DNA of 64,000 nucleotides from Octopus sinensis (taxonomy: Eukaryota): the NCBI RefSeq assembly GCF_006345805.1, contig NC_042998.1, positions 131,626,001 through 131,690,000 on the forward strand, given 5' to 3'. Position 1 is the first letter of the stretch. Each line of letters opens with the position of its first letter. Position numbers and translations under genes: made by a program. A model generated the notes under the pieces. The model made no database searches, was not told the DNA's origin, and was given only the letters and a program-made list of their open reading frames with translations. Positions 63,310 through 64,000 of this stretch are shown one piece after another.

Positions 63310-63339
63310 CGCCATGTTATATATAATATATATATATAT

Positions 63340-64000
63340 TAATTAATCAATATAGGGTGGCAAAAAATTTCGTAGAATTTATTTGCCACCAGCGGCCTAG
63401 TGGGAAAAAATTTAATAGTCATAGACCATTTATAAGTTCAACATCACAATCAAGGAATGGCCATAATAGGCCATTCACCCACTAGAAATAACAGCCAAAG
63501 CTTCAACCGCAAAATAACATCAATTCCGCAAACCAGGAGAAAATTAAAAAAACATTTACCCTGTAATTTCTTATACGATGCACCGTTTCATCTATTGTTT
63601 AATGGTAAACTAACCTGATTAAATCAAATCAAGCCAATCTTCCATAGGCCGATAGATTCATCAGTAAGAAACAGCCAAGATCCGAGCAGATATTATCACG
63701 AGGCATCTCTATCCCTGCCTCGGCAATATCTGACCTAAAATTTTCAAATCATCGCACTCGCGCCAAATTTATCGGCAGCAAATATAAGCCGCCGATTCCA
63801 TTACGGAATTAACCAGAAAATTCATAATTAATCAATATAGGGTGGCAAAAAATTTCGTAGAATTTATTTGCCACCAGCGGCCTGTTATTTCTAGTGGGTG
63901 AATGGCCTATTATGGCCATTCCTTGATTGTGATGTTGAACTTATAAATGGTCTATGACTATTTAATTTTTTCCCACTAGGCCGCTGGTGGCAAATAAATT
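63340..64000 (-). mobile_element. Penelope-like pLTR with direct and inverted duplications, running off the window
   Basis: 63340-63398 equals 63825-63883 (direct). 63376-63494 versus 63882-64000 is inverted, with one mismatch noticed. A hammerhead lies between. Confidence 0.75.
63568..63670 (-). ncRNA. Type I hammerhead ribozyme
   Basis: UUCUUA-CUGAUGA-AUCUAU...AUAGAU-GAAA-CGGUGCAUCG-UA^UAAGAA. Perfect 6-bp stems I and II. Confidence 0.9.

Overview
Eukaryotic, very AT-rich, microsatellite-dense DNA made almost entirely of transposable-element remnants. The SINE families and the (TA)n/(ATAC)n/(GATA)n/(AAT)n load suggest an octopus or other cephalopod (inference, not verified). No host gene, tRNA, rRNA or CRISPR array can be supported, and most ORFs in the track are translations of microsatellites. 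Supported content: (1) a Tx1/L1-clade LINE (19578-23599) with a twin-priming-type 5' inversion, sitting in (GATA)n, plus two 3'-end-only copies; (2) a (TAA)n-associated stack with two Dong/R4 3' ends and two copies of an unclassified ~550-bp element; (3) four mariner remnants, and a Tc1 element carrying a nested pogo-like element; (4) a Helitron 3' end; (5) many tRNA-derived SINEs of at least three families, one as an A-B-A-B tandem array whose tail matches the Tx1 LINE tail; (6) Penelope-like element (PLE) remnants, two with GIY-YIG domains. The most striking signal is a dense set of type I hammerhead ribozyme motifs: nine with intact CUGANGA/GAAA cores and pairable stems, plus several variants, from several unrelated sequence families. 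Many lie inside or beside foldback inverted repeats, including one in the loop of a perfect 144-bp hairpin and a variant on both arms of a ~190-bp palindrome. All folds, alignments and coordinates were worked out by eye and may be off by a few bases.
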